A stretch of 64,000 bases of DNA from a virus: the IMG/VR virus record IMGVR_UViG_3300046501_000082, positions 28,875-92,874 of that record. The stretch is one strand, 5' to 3'. The notes beneath the pieces are model-generated. The model was not told the DNA's origin. It worked only from the letters and a program-made list of their open reading frames with translations, and did no database searches. Shown here in pieces: positions 1-9,638 of this stretch (its first letter is position 1; each line of letters starts with the position of its first letter). Both the position numbers and the translations under genes were made by a program.

Positions 1-492
1 ATCATTGAAAAGCCCTAAATATAAAGTCTTACCTAGATGCTTATGATTCACAACTAAAGGGTTAGGCCCATCATTCTGCTTAGTTACCCCTAATGGGTAA
101 TCTCCACGTCTATTTATGCTCCTTAAAAACATGTTATTCACGTAGGCGGGCACAAAAATACAAGTCTCCTTGTTGTAGGATTTGTTCTGAGGTACTAATA
201 TATCCTTATCTAAGGACCAAAACTTATTTTTATACTTGAGAGTGAAGCCGTACTCTGTATTACAAAACTCTGCAAAATCCTGGTAGTCTAAAAAATCATT
301 AGACACATCTTGGTAGGTCTTGTTTTTATTCCAACAAGCTGTTCCGGGCGTAGTCCTCTGTTTCAAGTCCCTCCAAACCATACTAGATCTTGTTATATGA
401 CAATTATAAGGCTCCGGATAAAAAGTAGAAACCCACAAACCTTGTTCGTTTCTGTGCTCAGGCACATACTTAGTCCAAATAATTTTCTTCAT
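1..492 (-). CDS. Free-standing HNH-type homing endonuclease, partial (runs off window start); missing from ORF track
   Basis: Manual translation from ATG at 492 (SD GGAG): MKKIIWTKYV...FWSLDKDILVPQNKSYNKETCIFVPAYVNNMF...RGDYPLGV. It has the same LDKD..Y..C..VP..N..RGDYPLGV motifs as 50357..51532. Confidence 0.8.
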   Translation of the reverse strand, partial: MKKIIWTKYVPEHRNEQGLWVSTFYPEPYNCHITRSSMVWRDLKQRTTPGTACWNKNKTYQDVSNDFLDYQDFAEFCNTEYGFTLKYKNKFWSLDKDILVPQNKSYNKETCIFVPAYVNNMFLRSINRRGDYPLGVTKQNDGPNPLVVNHKHLGKTLYLGLFND

Positions 493-556
493 AACTTTTA
501 TTTCTCCAACGAAATTAAGCCCACGAAGTGTGAGCTTTTAATTTTGTATTATCTTC

Positions 557-766
557 TTATTCTGTAGTCTTCACAGCAACCTCAAAAGAACTCTTATCAA
601 CACCCTTCACATTCTCCTTGTATGTCCCAGCAGGTACTTGCAACTCCACCACTTTCACAGGAGTAGGGTTATCCCGTTTATATGAGAGGTAGTAATAGCC
701 TCCAATAAGAACAGCAGCTAGGATGACAGCAGTTGCGATTAGGTCAATGATTTCTGATTTGTTCAT
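557..766 (-). CDS. Small membrane protein
   Basis: N-terminal hydrophobic helix IATAVILAAVLIGGYYYL. Confidence 0.6.
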   Translation of the reverse strand: MNKSEIIDLIATAVILAAVLIGGYYYLSYKRDNPTPVKVVELQVPAGTYKENVKGVDKSSFEVAVKTTE

Positions 767-1158
767 TCATCTTCCTCCAATTCTTCTTTATTATTGTCTA
801 ACCAAATAGCAGCTTGCAACTGTGTATCAGCCCACAATACAGGTAGGTGTGTTCTTAGTTCAACAAGATTATTAATCAACACATCAAGCTTTGCAAGTCT
901 CTTTACTAAATCAGAATCTTTAGTGACAGAGAAGTCCAAGTATATCTTTTTACTACAGTCACTAATCTGAACTTCAGCTTCCATGTACAGATTCTCAGCT
1001 GAGTGCTCACTCAAATCCTCCTGCCTGTCACTTTTACCTTTTACAATAATGAATCCTGTTTCATTTACAGAGTCATTAAGGAATTCTTTATTTACAAATT
1101 TCATACTAGGTTCTCCTAGAGTGTTAAGAAATATTGGGTGTATTCTCATATCTTTCAT
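763..1158 (-). CDS. Hypothetical phage protein
   Basis: ORF coupled to neighbours in the minus-strand operon. Confidence 0.55.
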   Translation of the reverse strand: MKDMRIHPIFLNTLGEPSMKFVNKEFLNDSVNETGFIIVKGKSDRQEDLSEHSAENLYMEAEVQISDCSKKIYLDFSVTKDSDLVKRLAKLDVLINNLVELRTHLPVLWADTQLQAAIWLDNNKEELEEDE

Positions 1159-1556
1159 TCTGCCATTCCCTCACAGCATCTGCAAGCTCTTTATTCAAAG
1201 ATTTATATTGCTCACCATTAAACATGCTGAATATAAAGCATAAGTGAATGTGTTTCTCACAGCTTCCTTTCCAATATGATAGGAGAGAGAATGTTGTGGC
1301 TTCTCGTAAGTGCTGGATTTCTGTGCGGCAGTCTATGATTAAGCTTTCGGTTGTCAAAAGTCTTCTCCCCATTCTTCGTCGGACATCTCGTGCCCTTCAA
1401 CCCAACGGTTTACTAACAGTCCGTCATAGTCACTACTGAAATACCATCCAGCTTTTATCTCTTCTTCAGTTAGGCTGAGAGTTACATCATTAAATAGTTC
1501 ACTGTAGCGTTCATCTGTCATGCCACGAAAAGTGTTCATTTTAGTTCTCCACAAAG

Positions 1557-1590
1557 TAAAAAGGCTCTACATCCCGAAGGACATAGAGCC
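1557..1590 (-). terminator. Rho-independent terminator after the adhesin gene
   Basis: Minus strand GGCTCTATGTCC-TTCG-GGATGTAGAGCC-TTTTT. Confidence 0.8.
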
Positions 1591-1620
1591 AATATATCAC
1601 ATCAGATTATTGTGTCAAGC

Positions 1621-3051
1621 TTATTTTAGACGATAGGTGCCACTAACAACAGCCCCAGTCTGAGAGCCAGCAGATGTGAATGCAGCATTCAGGAACAGAG
1701 ATTCACTGACAGCACCACCAAAACCGACTGCTACAGCATGATAGCCACCCATCGTTGCACCAGACAAAGCAACCTGTGGACCAGCTTGGTAGTCTGTAGA
1801 GAACTGATGACCTGCAACTGCAAGAGCACCTACAGCAATATTACCAACTTTATTCAAATCACGTTTCAGACTTGTAATCTCAGATTGCTGACTATCCAGA
1901 CGACCACTCAAGCGAGTATCCATGTCACGGCTGTAGTCTTCAATGTTGGTGATACGTGTCTCATGGTTAGAGAGTTGTTTGGTGTTACTGCTAAGTTGAA
2001 CACTCTGTTGCTGCTGTACTTCACCAAGAGTCACAATGTTATTTGTGTTTGACTGGATCTGTGTAGTGTGCTGACTAAGTGTATTACCTTGTGCCGTTAC
2101 AACTTCATTAGTAGATTTAATATCAGAGCTATTCTTACTAATGTCAGTAGTATTTTTAGCAATAGAAACTGTGTTAGCAGCTCCAATACTCAATGCAACG
2201 TTAGCCGTACTCTGTGCGTTTTCAGCCTTAGTATTTACACTAGAAAGCTGTCCTTGCACCTGTGTATTTGTGTTAGTCTGGTTACTATTTACAAAACTTT
2301 GATTATTGTTGATGGTGGTCTGTGCAGAGTTGATAGAAGTCTGCACACTAATAGCAGTATTCACTTTATCATCAACAGCTTTAACATTGTTGTTAGTCTT
2401 AGTGAATTCAGCAGCACCTTGTGAGGCAACACTATCAATCTTATCATTCAAGCCTGTGGCAATAGCAACGCCAGCAGCCTTAGTTGCTTGAAGGTCAGCG
2501 TTAACACTTGAGACAGCACCGTTAGTTTCACGGATAGCGTTCTCTGCGCCATCAAGACGTACAGCATTGTTAATAGAACGATCATCTGTTACAGCCAATG
2601 ATTTCTCAATACCGTCTGCACGAACTGCGTTAGCATCTACTTTAGTCTCTACAGTGTCTAGACGGACTTCTGTTTTATCAACCCGTAGATTTGTGTTAGC
2701 ATTGTCAGTCTTCAATTCTGTGTAAGCTGCTGCACCTTGAGCGGCGTAAGAGTCTACTTTGTTGTTCAAGTTGGATACGTTTGTATTGGTTTGATTGAGA
2801 TTACTTTGAACCTTATCAGCAGCTTTCAAAGCACTCTCACCTACTCGGATACCGAGATTAGCAGAGTTCTGTGCATCAAATGCTTTAGTACGGGCATCAT
2901 TAGCAACATAAGCTGTGTCTGCAAGGTTGTTGTTAGCCTCCTTTAGTTGAGACTGTGTGACATGGTTGAACGGGTTTGTCAAATCAATGCCAGTGGCAAA
3001 GGCTTGTGTGGAAGCAATCGTGATAGCTACAGCGAGGATCGTTTGTTTCAT
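1621..3051 (-). CDS. Trimeric autotransporter adhesin (YadA-like): signal peptide, coiled-coil stalk, membrane anchor
   Basis: Sec signal MKQTILAVAITIASTQAFA; Asn-rich heptads and RxD motifs; C-terminal anchor pattern IAVGALAVA...GGYHAVAVGFGG...GAVVSGTYRLK. Confidence 0.8.
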   Translation of the reverse strand: MKQTILAVAITIASTQAFATGIDLTNPFNHVTQSQLKEANNNLADTAYVANDARTKAFDAQNSANLGIRVGESALKAADKVQSNLNQTNTNVSNLNNKVDSYAAQGAAAYTELKTDNANTNLRVDKTEVRLDTVETKVDANAVRADGIEKSLAVTDDRSINNAVRLDGAENAIRETNGAVSSVNADLQATKAAGVAIATGLNDKIDSVASQGAAEFTKTNNNVKAVDDKVNTAISVQTSINSAQTTINNNQSFVNSNQTNTNTQVQGQLSSVNTKAENAQSTANVALSIGAANTVSIAKNTTDISKNSSDIKSTNEVVTAQGNTLSQHTTQIQSNTNNIVTLGEVQQQQSVQLSSNTKQLSNHETRITNIEDYSRDMDTRLSGRLDSQQSEITSLKRDLNKVGNIAVGALAVAGHQFSTDYQAGPQVALSGATMGGYHAVAVGFGGAVSESLFLNAAFTSAGSQTGAVVSGTYRLK

Positions 3052-3097
3052 TTGTTTCTCCTAGGTTAATTTTACAAGCTTTGTGCTTGTGGAGTGG

Positions 3098-3131
3098 ATT
3101 ATGGGCAAAATAAAAGGCCCTGTCAAGGGCC
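3098..3131 (-). promoter_or_regulatory. nrdB terminator fused to a sigma70 promoter for the adhesin gene
   Basis: GGCCC-TTGACA-GGGCC-TTTT hairpin; TTGACA-17 nt-CATAAT. Confidence 0.8.
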
Positions 3132-3146
3132 AGTTTGAAAGTATTT

Positions 3147-4115
3147 CTATGCTGTCTTATACATTTCATAAGCTGGTGTAAAGCTACCGTCTAAGTTTGC
3201 TTTCGCATACTCAACAATACTACGCTCAAAAAATGATCCAAACGTCTTGCCCATCATTGCATCAATCCAAGGAAGAGGGTTTTCTCTAACGTTCCAGTTC
3301 TTCTTAAAGCCTAGCTGTTGAAGACGGTAATCAGCTACGTATCGAACATACTTTTTAACATCTTCTTTAACTAGGTTACTAACGCCACCCATTTTAAAGA
3401 TTCGATCAACAAAGGCATCTTCTAATTTAACAAGTTCTCGTGCTGAAGAGTAGATGTCCTTCTTAAACTCATCATTTACAATCCGAGGATGCTCATCTAA
3501 AAAGATGCGAAACAATGCAGTGTTACCTTCTACGTGAATTGACTCATCAACCATGCTCCACCGAACAATGTCACACATTCCGGGAAGCTTCCCAAGACGG
3601 TCAAAGTTCAGCAGAATAGCGAAAGATGCAAACAAACTTACACCTTCCATCATTGTCTGTTTAGCTAAATACTTTGCAAAGTCTGTATGGCTTTTACCAA
3701 TACTCTCAATCATGTACTCATGCTTTTCTTTCATTTCTACATAATCAAGAAACTCATGATAAAAGCTTTCGCCAAAACCCATTGTATCCGAGAACAAAGC
3801 ATATGCACGAATATGAGTACCTTCCCTAGCAGCAAAGCTCCCTAACATAGAACGTGCTTCGTTGTTCTTGATGTAAGGAATAATCTTGTCGTAGTAGCCC
3901 CCGCCAACATTGACATCTGACTGAGTGAACAAACGAAAGATATTAGATGTCAGGTTCTTTTCTTCAGGTAGAATCTTACCATTTTTCCACTGCTCTACAT
4001 CATTGTTCAGCTTGGCTTCATGCTCATACCAATGCACTTTCTCATGCTTAATATTAATATCCACCAAGCTGTGGTACTTTGGCGAATAAATTTCGCTGTA
4101 TTCTGTGAGGCTCAT
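3147..4115 (-). CDS. nrdB: Ribonucleotide reductase class Ia beta subunit
   Basis: FTQSD, EGTHIRAY (radical Tyr), EGVSLFASF, DESIH diiron motifs; C-terminal FFE. Confidence 0.95.
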   Translation of the reverse strand: MSLTEYSEIYSPKYHSLVDINIKHEKVHWYEHEAKLNNDVEQWKNGKILPEEKNLTSNIFRLFTQSDVNVGGGYYDKIIPYIKNNEARSMLGSFAAREGTHIRAYALFSDTMGFGESFYHEFLDYVEMKEKHEYMIESIGKSHTDFAKYLAKQTMMEGVSLFASFAILLNFDRLGKLPGMCDIVRWSMVDESIHVEGNTALFRIFLDEHPRIVNDEFKKDIYSSARELVKLEDAFVDRIFKMGGVSNLVKEDVKKYVRYVADYRLQQLGFKKNWNVRENPLPWIDAMMGKTFGSFFERSIVEYAKANLDGSFTPAYEMYKTA

Positions 4116-4134
4116 TTGTGCTCCTTAATTAATT

Positions 4135-6018
4135 TCAACCGCTGCAAGCTGCGCATTCCTCACCAACTTCTGGTGTCCAGTCTGTAATAGCCTTACGTTC
4201 AATTTCCTTAGCAACGTCCGCATTGATACCCCGTTCCATGCGAGCATAGTACATACTCTTGGAGTAAGGGGCAAGCAAAAACTTCAAGTGTACGGAGTTA
4301 AAATAACTACGATCACAGCCCGCAGGGTAGAATGTATTCAAGCTTTGGCTTTGGCAGACATACTGTGCCCGTGCATCTGACTGCTCAATAATCCAATGTT
4401 GGTCAATCTCCGCGCCTGTCTTAAACACAAGCTTATCTTTTTCTTCCATAAACTCTAGGTTTTGAACGCTGCCATTATCTTTAGCAATAAACTTTTCTTG
4501 ATCGTCAACCCAACTTACAACTTTATCTTCTGCAATCCCCAGCTTACTGGCATACTCTGTCAGCTTAGCTGTCAAGTGGGGATTCTTGACTGTGAATGTT
4601 CCTGCACGGGTTGAGTGGCTATACACATTCCCGCTCACAGGCTCAATACTAGGACTCTCACCAAGAATTACCGCGTTGTTGCTGTTAGGTGCAATAGCCA
4701 TCAATGCTGAGTTACGAAGACCTGACCCAATCATGTCAGAAGGTTCGCCACGTTCTTCTGCAAGCTTCTTGCTTTCAGCTAAAGCCTTTTCTTTAATCAG
4801 TTTGTAAATCTTATGTGTCTCTTGAATCGCGCTACCAAAACCACCACCCTCCATTGGGATACCCTTGGATTGTAGGTAGTAGTGCCAAGAAAGTGTGCCA
4901 ATTCCGATGGCTCGCTCCATCTTAGCTGAATAGGTTGCTTTACTAAGTTCTTCTGGTGCATTATCAATAAAGTATTGAAGTACATTATCCAGAAACCGGG
5001 TCAAGTCTTCTACAAGATTAGTATCTTTCCAAGCATCGAATTTAGCTAAGTTAAGGCTGCTGAGGCAGCAAACAAAGGTTCGGTCTTCATTTGTAGGAAG
5101 AGTCACTTCAATACAGATGTTGCTTCCCTTAATTTCCAAACCTTTATCTTTCTGTGTTTGTGGCAGGGCACGGTTTGCAGTATCAATTTTAAAGATGTAT
5201 GGTTCACCTTGCAAAGCACGGGCTTCAAGAATCTCTTCCCATATAGCACGAGCCTTAACAACTTCTTTGATATCCCCTGTATGTGGGCAGACCAACTCAA
5301 AGTCTTCATCATTAACAACAGCTTGTGTAAATTTATCTGTCACATTTACAGCATGGTGAAACTGAACTCGGTTATCAGCCTTACGGGCAGAATCACCACC
5401 ACTCGGAATACGGAACTTAATGTGTTCCATAATATCTGGGTGACTTACATCCATGTAATACGCACAAGCACCACGCCGTGTTTTACCTTGCTTGTAATAG
5501 CCAATGATCGCATCCATTGTTTTCATATATGGAATTGGACCCGGAGCTTTATCCGTAGTCGCACGGATGCTATTATGAAGGCCAACACCACCACCGGCAA
5601 CAGACAAAGCAGCCAGTTCAACGTTAGCTTTCATTTGCCCTTTGATGCTGTCAGGAACCTCTAGGGCAAAACAACTAATTGGCATTGCTGCTGAGTGTTC
5701 ACCTCCCCAGTAACCTTCTGAGACAGACTTATGTCGCTCGTTATTTTCAAAGTCTTTCCACTCACGATCAGGAACTTTCTGCAACCATTTACCGACTGGT
5801 GCGTTACTAAGGACTGGACTGGCAAACATGAACCAACCCTTGTGTGCAGCCTCATAAATACGTTGAGCTAGATCGTAGTCCCCATAACAGAAAGCTTCGG
5901 ATGCTCGTGCAAGTGCATCGTTAAATGTCTCACCTTTTTGAAGATAAAAACCATCAAGTAGTGCATTAGAAAAATCATTAATATATTCTGGTTGGTGTTC
6001 AAATTTTTTAATGCTCAA
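4135..6018 (-). CDS. nrdA: Ribonucleotide reductase class Ia alpha subunit (no ATP cone)
   Basis: SPVLSN, PISCF, GGGVG, SNICIE, AIAPN, QSQSLN, MYYAR, C-terminal CAAC. Confidence 0.95.
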   Translation of the reverse strand: MSIKKFEHQPEYINDFSNALLDGFYLQKGETFNDALARASEAFCYGDYDLAQRIYEAAHKGWFMFASPVLSNAPVGKWLQKVPDREWKDFENNERHKSVSEGYWGGEHSAAMPISCFALEVPDSIKGQMKANVELAALSVAGGGVGLHNSIRATTDKAPGPIPYMKTMDAIIGYYKQGKTRRGACAYYMDVSHPDIMEHIKFRIPSGGDSARKADNRVQFHHAVNVTDKFTQAVVNDEDFELVCPHTGDIKEVVKARAIWEEILEARALQGEPYIFKIDTANRALPQTQKDKGLEIKGSNICIEVTLPTNEDRTFVCCLSSLNLAKFDAWKDTNLVEDLTRFLDNVLQYFIDNAPEELSKATYSAKMERAIGIGTLSWHYYLQSKGIPMEGGGFGSAIQETHKIYKLIKEKALAESKKLAEERGEPSDMIGSGLRNSALMAIAPNSNNAVILGESPSIEPVSGNVYSHSTRAGTFTVKNPHLTAKLTEYASKLGIAEDKVVSWVDDQEKFIAKDNGSVQNLEFMEEKDKLVFKTGAEIDQHWIIEQSDARAQYVCQSQSLNTFYPAGCDRSYFNSVHLKFLLAPYSKSMYYARMERGINADVAKEIERKAITDWTPEVGEECAACSG

Positions 6019-6030
6019 AACTAAATCCCC

Positions 6031-6405
6031 TTAATTACTGTCTGACTGAATTCCATGACGCTGTGCATATTCACAGAAATCACCAGTGTTCAACATTTTA
6101 CCCATACCTTTCAGTGCAATACGCAAATCAAGACTTGAGTGTTCAACCTTATTGTCCCAACTACATCCGTCACTTTGCATCCAATCAGAATCGCATCGTT
6201 CGTGTGCTTCCCATCGCAGGCAGTTGAGTACATTACCACGAAGGTTACGATGTTGGCAAACTACCTCGTCCACACCCATTGAGTAGTCAAGTCCGTTCTG
6301 GTAAAGGTATTTATAAATCTCTGCTTTATCATCAGAGCCGAAAGCTTCTTTGAATCCATCAACCAACAACATGTCACTTAGTGAGAGACTATACCCGATA
6401 CTCAT
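6031..6405 (-). CDS. Hypothetical phage protein
   Basis: ORF with SD in operon. Confidence 0.55.
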   Translation of the reverse strand: MSIGYSLSLSDMLLVDGFKEAFGSDDKAEIYKYLYQNGLDYSMGVDEVVCQHRNLRGNVLNCLRWEAHERCDSDWMQSDGCSWDNKVEHSSLDLRIALKGMGKMLNTGDFCEYAQRHGIQSDSN

Positions 6406-7033
6406 ACTTCTTCCTCAATATTATTATAAACTGCATTAAAGCCAAGTGCTGTAAGAAGCATATCAAAGAAGTTGTAAGGATCATCTGCTTGAATGATCTC
6501 ACCATCTACAAATGTCCGCATATAACCATTAATGCCGTCATCTACACAATCAATCAGAATCTCTTTCATACATCCACCCCATCACTCAAGTCAGCCTGAA
6601 AGTATTCAAAGGCTGAAACATCATTATTAATTGCAATCTCAATATCTTCAATAGTATCCACAATATACCGACTTGATTCTGAGATAGACATACCAAGTCG
6701 TACCATATAAAGATTCTGAAGTTCTTGAATAAAGTTAGATACTGTGTAATCAATTGTTTTCATTTTATTTCTCCTCACAATACATTAAATGCTTTACGTG
6801 CTTTATCTGTTTGACTGAGAACTGGTGATGCCATACTGCGAATACTTTTCAGAAACTCTCGCATACCAACCTCATGAGGTTTCATATAGGTTTCACCAAG
6901 ATTCTTGTAAAACATCTGGATAAAAGCGTCATCACCATAGCCTGCAAGTGCATCCAAAGCACGTAGCTCAGATTCATTAACTGTGAACGATACACTCAAT
7001 TCTAGTTTTGTTTTAGCTTCAAGCTTTGCCATC

Positions 7034-7903
7034 TTATTTTTCCTCAATCATAAATTCATACCCGTTTTCCAAAACCTTACGATACTGCAACCAACTATCT
7101 TCTTTCTGGAAATTCCCACTTAGATCCCTGTCGCCATTCCTAGCACGAGCTTGGTGCTCCGTTGGACTAAAGTGTGGAGGATCTTCTTTATATGCCCCAT
7201 TCTCTGGAAGATTCAGCATACCATAAATCTTCTTAGCTTTCTCAAGAGTGTCATCAAGTTTACGATAACTAACTTGTCCTGTACAACTTGTAGAAATCAT
7301 CAAAGCATCTTGAAGACTAATACCACAACCCTTGAGCCAATAACCATCCCCAAAATAGGGCATGTGCCAATCTTCAGGACCAAGCTCTACAATACTACTT
7401 GTGTTGATAGCTTCATTAATCTGTTTAGCTAAAGCTTTAATTTCTGGTTGAGCATCTTTGTGCAAACGGAGTTTCAAGAATGCTTGCCAAGCCTCAAGTG
7501 TGCCTGTACTAACACCCTTAGTCCACATAAAAGGTTCAAGAAGGCGATTAACAATTTGTTTATGGGCACCAATTTCATCTAGATTTTCTGCCATCAAAGC
7601 AGCCTGAATCGCAGCCTGTTTCCATTCAAACTTGGCTTCATTTTTATCAACTTCATAAAGTTCTTTTTCTGCAACCATGCCGGGCTGATTCAAACCCCAA
7701 TGTACAGGCATAGCTGGGTTGTTTCGTACTTGTTCAATCATTTGTTTAACTGGCACAGCACGAGAGCTTTGAAAGTTACGACTAAGGCTACGATGAGTGT
7801 TGAATTCAGGTAGTACAAAGCGATGTAGTTCAATCTCAAGGGTGATTAGACGGCTACCCTCAAACACGCTATCTGCTATAACTTTTGCACTAGGTTGTGT
7901 CAT
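7034..7903 (-). CDS. thyX: Flavin-dependent thymidylate synthase (start refined to MTQPSAK)
   Basis: EFNTHRSLSRNFQSSRA motif, LRLHKDAQPEI, HFSPTEHQA. Confidence 0.9.
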   Translation of the reverse strand: MTQPSAKVIADSVFEGSRLITLEIELHRFVLPEFNTHRSLSRNFQSSRAVPVKQMIEQVRNNPAMPVHWGLNQPGMVAEKELYEVDKNEAKFEWKQAAIQAALMAENLDEIGAHKQIVNRLLEPFMWTKGVSTGTLEAWQAFLKLRLHKDAQPEIKALAKQINEAINTSSIVELGPEDWHMPYFGDGYWLKGCGISLQDALMISTSCTGQVSYRKLDDTLEKAKKIYGMLNLPENGAYKEDPPHFSPTEHQARARNGDRDLSGNFQKEDSWLQYRKVLENGYEFMIEEK

Positions 7904-7904
7904 T

Positions 7905-8423
7905 TCAGCGGAACTCCTTACCAACAAACTGTTCCAAATTAGGCCGTTTATGGTCAGCCAATTTCATTACTTTCCCATCTTCTGAGCGCTTGACACAATA
8001 CAGTGTTTCACCTTCATAAACAGTTTGATCAATATAACACACTGTACCCTTTTCTTCCAACGCTTCTTTACTTATCAAAGCATATGTGTAGCTAGTTGTA
8101 ATCTTACTTGTATTATTCTCACAGACCTGATCCAGAGCTTTACGGGTATCGCAACCAAAGGAGTAGAGTAGATGTTCAAGCCAAGTGTTAAGGTATTCCA
8201 CGTCGCAATAAGCGTCAAGAGCTTCTACCATATCCTCATCATCACAGGCAGTTACTAATTCGTTTGCCTCCTCTAGAATCAGCTTAGCTTGTAGCTTTAG
8301 TTGTTGCCAAACTTCATACTCATTGCCCATTGCTGGGATGTTGTTAATACCATAATTAAACTTCTTTACTTCTACCTTACTCAAAACTTTCTCCTTATTA
8401 CATATATTCAAGATTAAAAGCAT
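7905..8423 (-). CDS. MazG/PRA-PH-like nucleotide pyrophosphohydrolase
   Basis: LILEEANEL...EALDAYCD...VCENNTSK...DGKVMK. Confidence 0.75.
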   Translation of the reverse strand: MLLILNICNKEKVLSKVEVKKFNYGINNIPAMGNEYEVWQQLKLQAKLILEEANELVTACDDEDMVEALDAYCDVEYLNTWLEHLLYSFGCDTRKALDQVCENNTSKITTSYTYALISKEALEEKGTVCYIDQTVYEGETLYCVKRSEDGKVMKLADHKRPNLEQFVGKEFR

Positions 8424-8841
8424 CTACATCAAAACTGTTCCAATCTGGAAAGTCTTTACCACCAAACAAAACCCTCTTGTTAGAATCAAACTTAGAAAGA
8501 TTATCCTCTAAGTCATCAATCATTGCAACAAGACTGTCATTTAAAATCCACTTCTCGTGTGTGCCTACAAAACCAAGCATGAAAGGAAACCACCTCTTAC
8601 ACCAATATACTTTTGAGCGGTGATGATTTCCTTTAAGACGGCTCACAAACACAATATCAAAATGTTTACTAAGCTGCTCTAGTTTCTCAACAGAACCTTC
8701 CATTGGTAGAAGATTATCATACAAATCCTCAGAACGCCAGAAGTCTAATGGCTCAGACAACGACTTAGCAGCCTCTTTGTATAGTGTGATGGTGTCAACT
8801 AAAACACCATCAACATCTACTCCAATCTTTGGTTTGCTCAC
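8398..8841 (-). CDS. HAD-family 5'(3')-deoxyribonucleotidase-like protein
   Basis: DVDGVLVD motif I and MIDD motif. Confidence 0.8.
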   Translation of the reverse strand: MSKPKIGVDVDGVLVDTITLYKEAAKSLSEPLDFWRSEDLYDNLLPMEGSVEKLEQLSKHFDIVFVSRLKGNHHRSKVYWCKRWFPFMLGFVGTHEKWILNDSLVAMIDDLEDNLSKFDSNKRVLFGGKDFPDWNSFDVDAFNLEYM

Positions 8842-9605
8842 TTAGCCTTCTCCTGAGCCAAAACACGCTCTGCAAAGAATACCAACTTCTCAGCATCATA
8901 GATAGAGTTATTACCCTTCTTTTTCTTACCGTTACGATCAGCAGCAATCCGCCACACAGCTTTAAGAAGATTACCTTCAGCAAATGTCAAACCAAGAGAC
9001 TCAATAATGTCATTGGCTTCAGCGTAATAAGGTTGCTCAAGTGTTGTAGGATTGGCTACAAACACTTTGTAATAATCTACAGAGCCACCTGTATGCTCTT
9101 CTTTTCCAGACTTAGGTCCATACGTTAGGAAGGCGTAATCACTAGGGGGTACTTTATCAATCTTATCAGTCAAGTCTTTAAGTTCTTGCATCTTCTCTTT
9201 TGAAGCACTCAACAACTCTAACTCATCTTCATTGAAATACTCTGTATGCCCCAAAGACTCTACAGCATATTCATAATTACTTTGATCATTCTTTACAATA
9301 TAACCAACAAACCCTTCTGGGACTGACGGAGTGTTTTTAGTGGAGATGACGCGATCACCTACTTGGAAGCGTTTAGGTTTATCTTCAACATACAGTGTGA
9401 AGTCTGCAAAACAATTCTGCAAGCCTTTGTGGACATACTTGAGCATAACCTCTTTATCGCGCACGTCAATCCAAACACCTTTAACTTTCAAGTTTTCAAC
9501 TACAGTAAATACTGTACCTACCTCCACATCTATACTGTTAGGGCCAATTGTTACTTTCTGTCCTACTTTAAATTCTTGCATAACTCTCTCCAATACTATT
9601 TGCAC
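8838..9605 (-). CDS. DUF3310-like protein (T7 gp1.7 nucleotide-kinase-like C-terminus) with two N-terminal SH3/KOW-like repeats
   Basis: FKVGQKV and FQVGDRV repeats; GGSVDYY...DIIESLGLTFAEGNLLKAVWR...DAEK. Confidence 0.6.
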   Translation of the reverse strand: MQIVLERVMQEFKVGQKVTIGPNSIDVEVGTVFTVVENLKVKGVWIDVRDKEVMLKYVHKGLQNCFADFTLYVEDKPKRFQVGDRVISTKNTPSVPEGFVGYIVKNDQSNYEYAVESLGHTEYFNEDELELLSASKEKMQELKDLTDKIDKVPPSDYAFLTYGPKSGKEEHTGGSVDYYKVFVANPTTLEQPYYAEANDIIESLGLTFAEGNLLKAVWRIAADRNGKKKKGNNSIYDAEKLVFFAERVLAQEKAK

Positions 9606-9638
9606 AACCCTGTGCGTTAATGTCCTATGCAGCTTACA

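Noticed and set aside
1738-2946. Plus-strand ORFs opposite the adhesin (and similar antisense ORFs over nrdA, pol and primase)
   Set aside because: Shadow frames of well-supported genes, with no SD or motifs
5690-5800. ~30-aa insertion in NrdA as a possible intein or intron
   Set aside because: In frame, too short, no intein terminal residues or group I core
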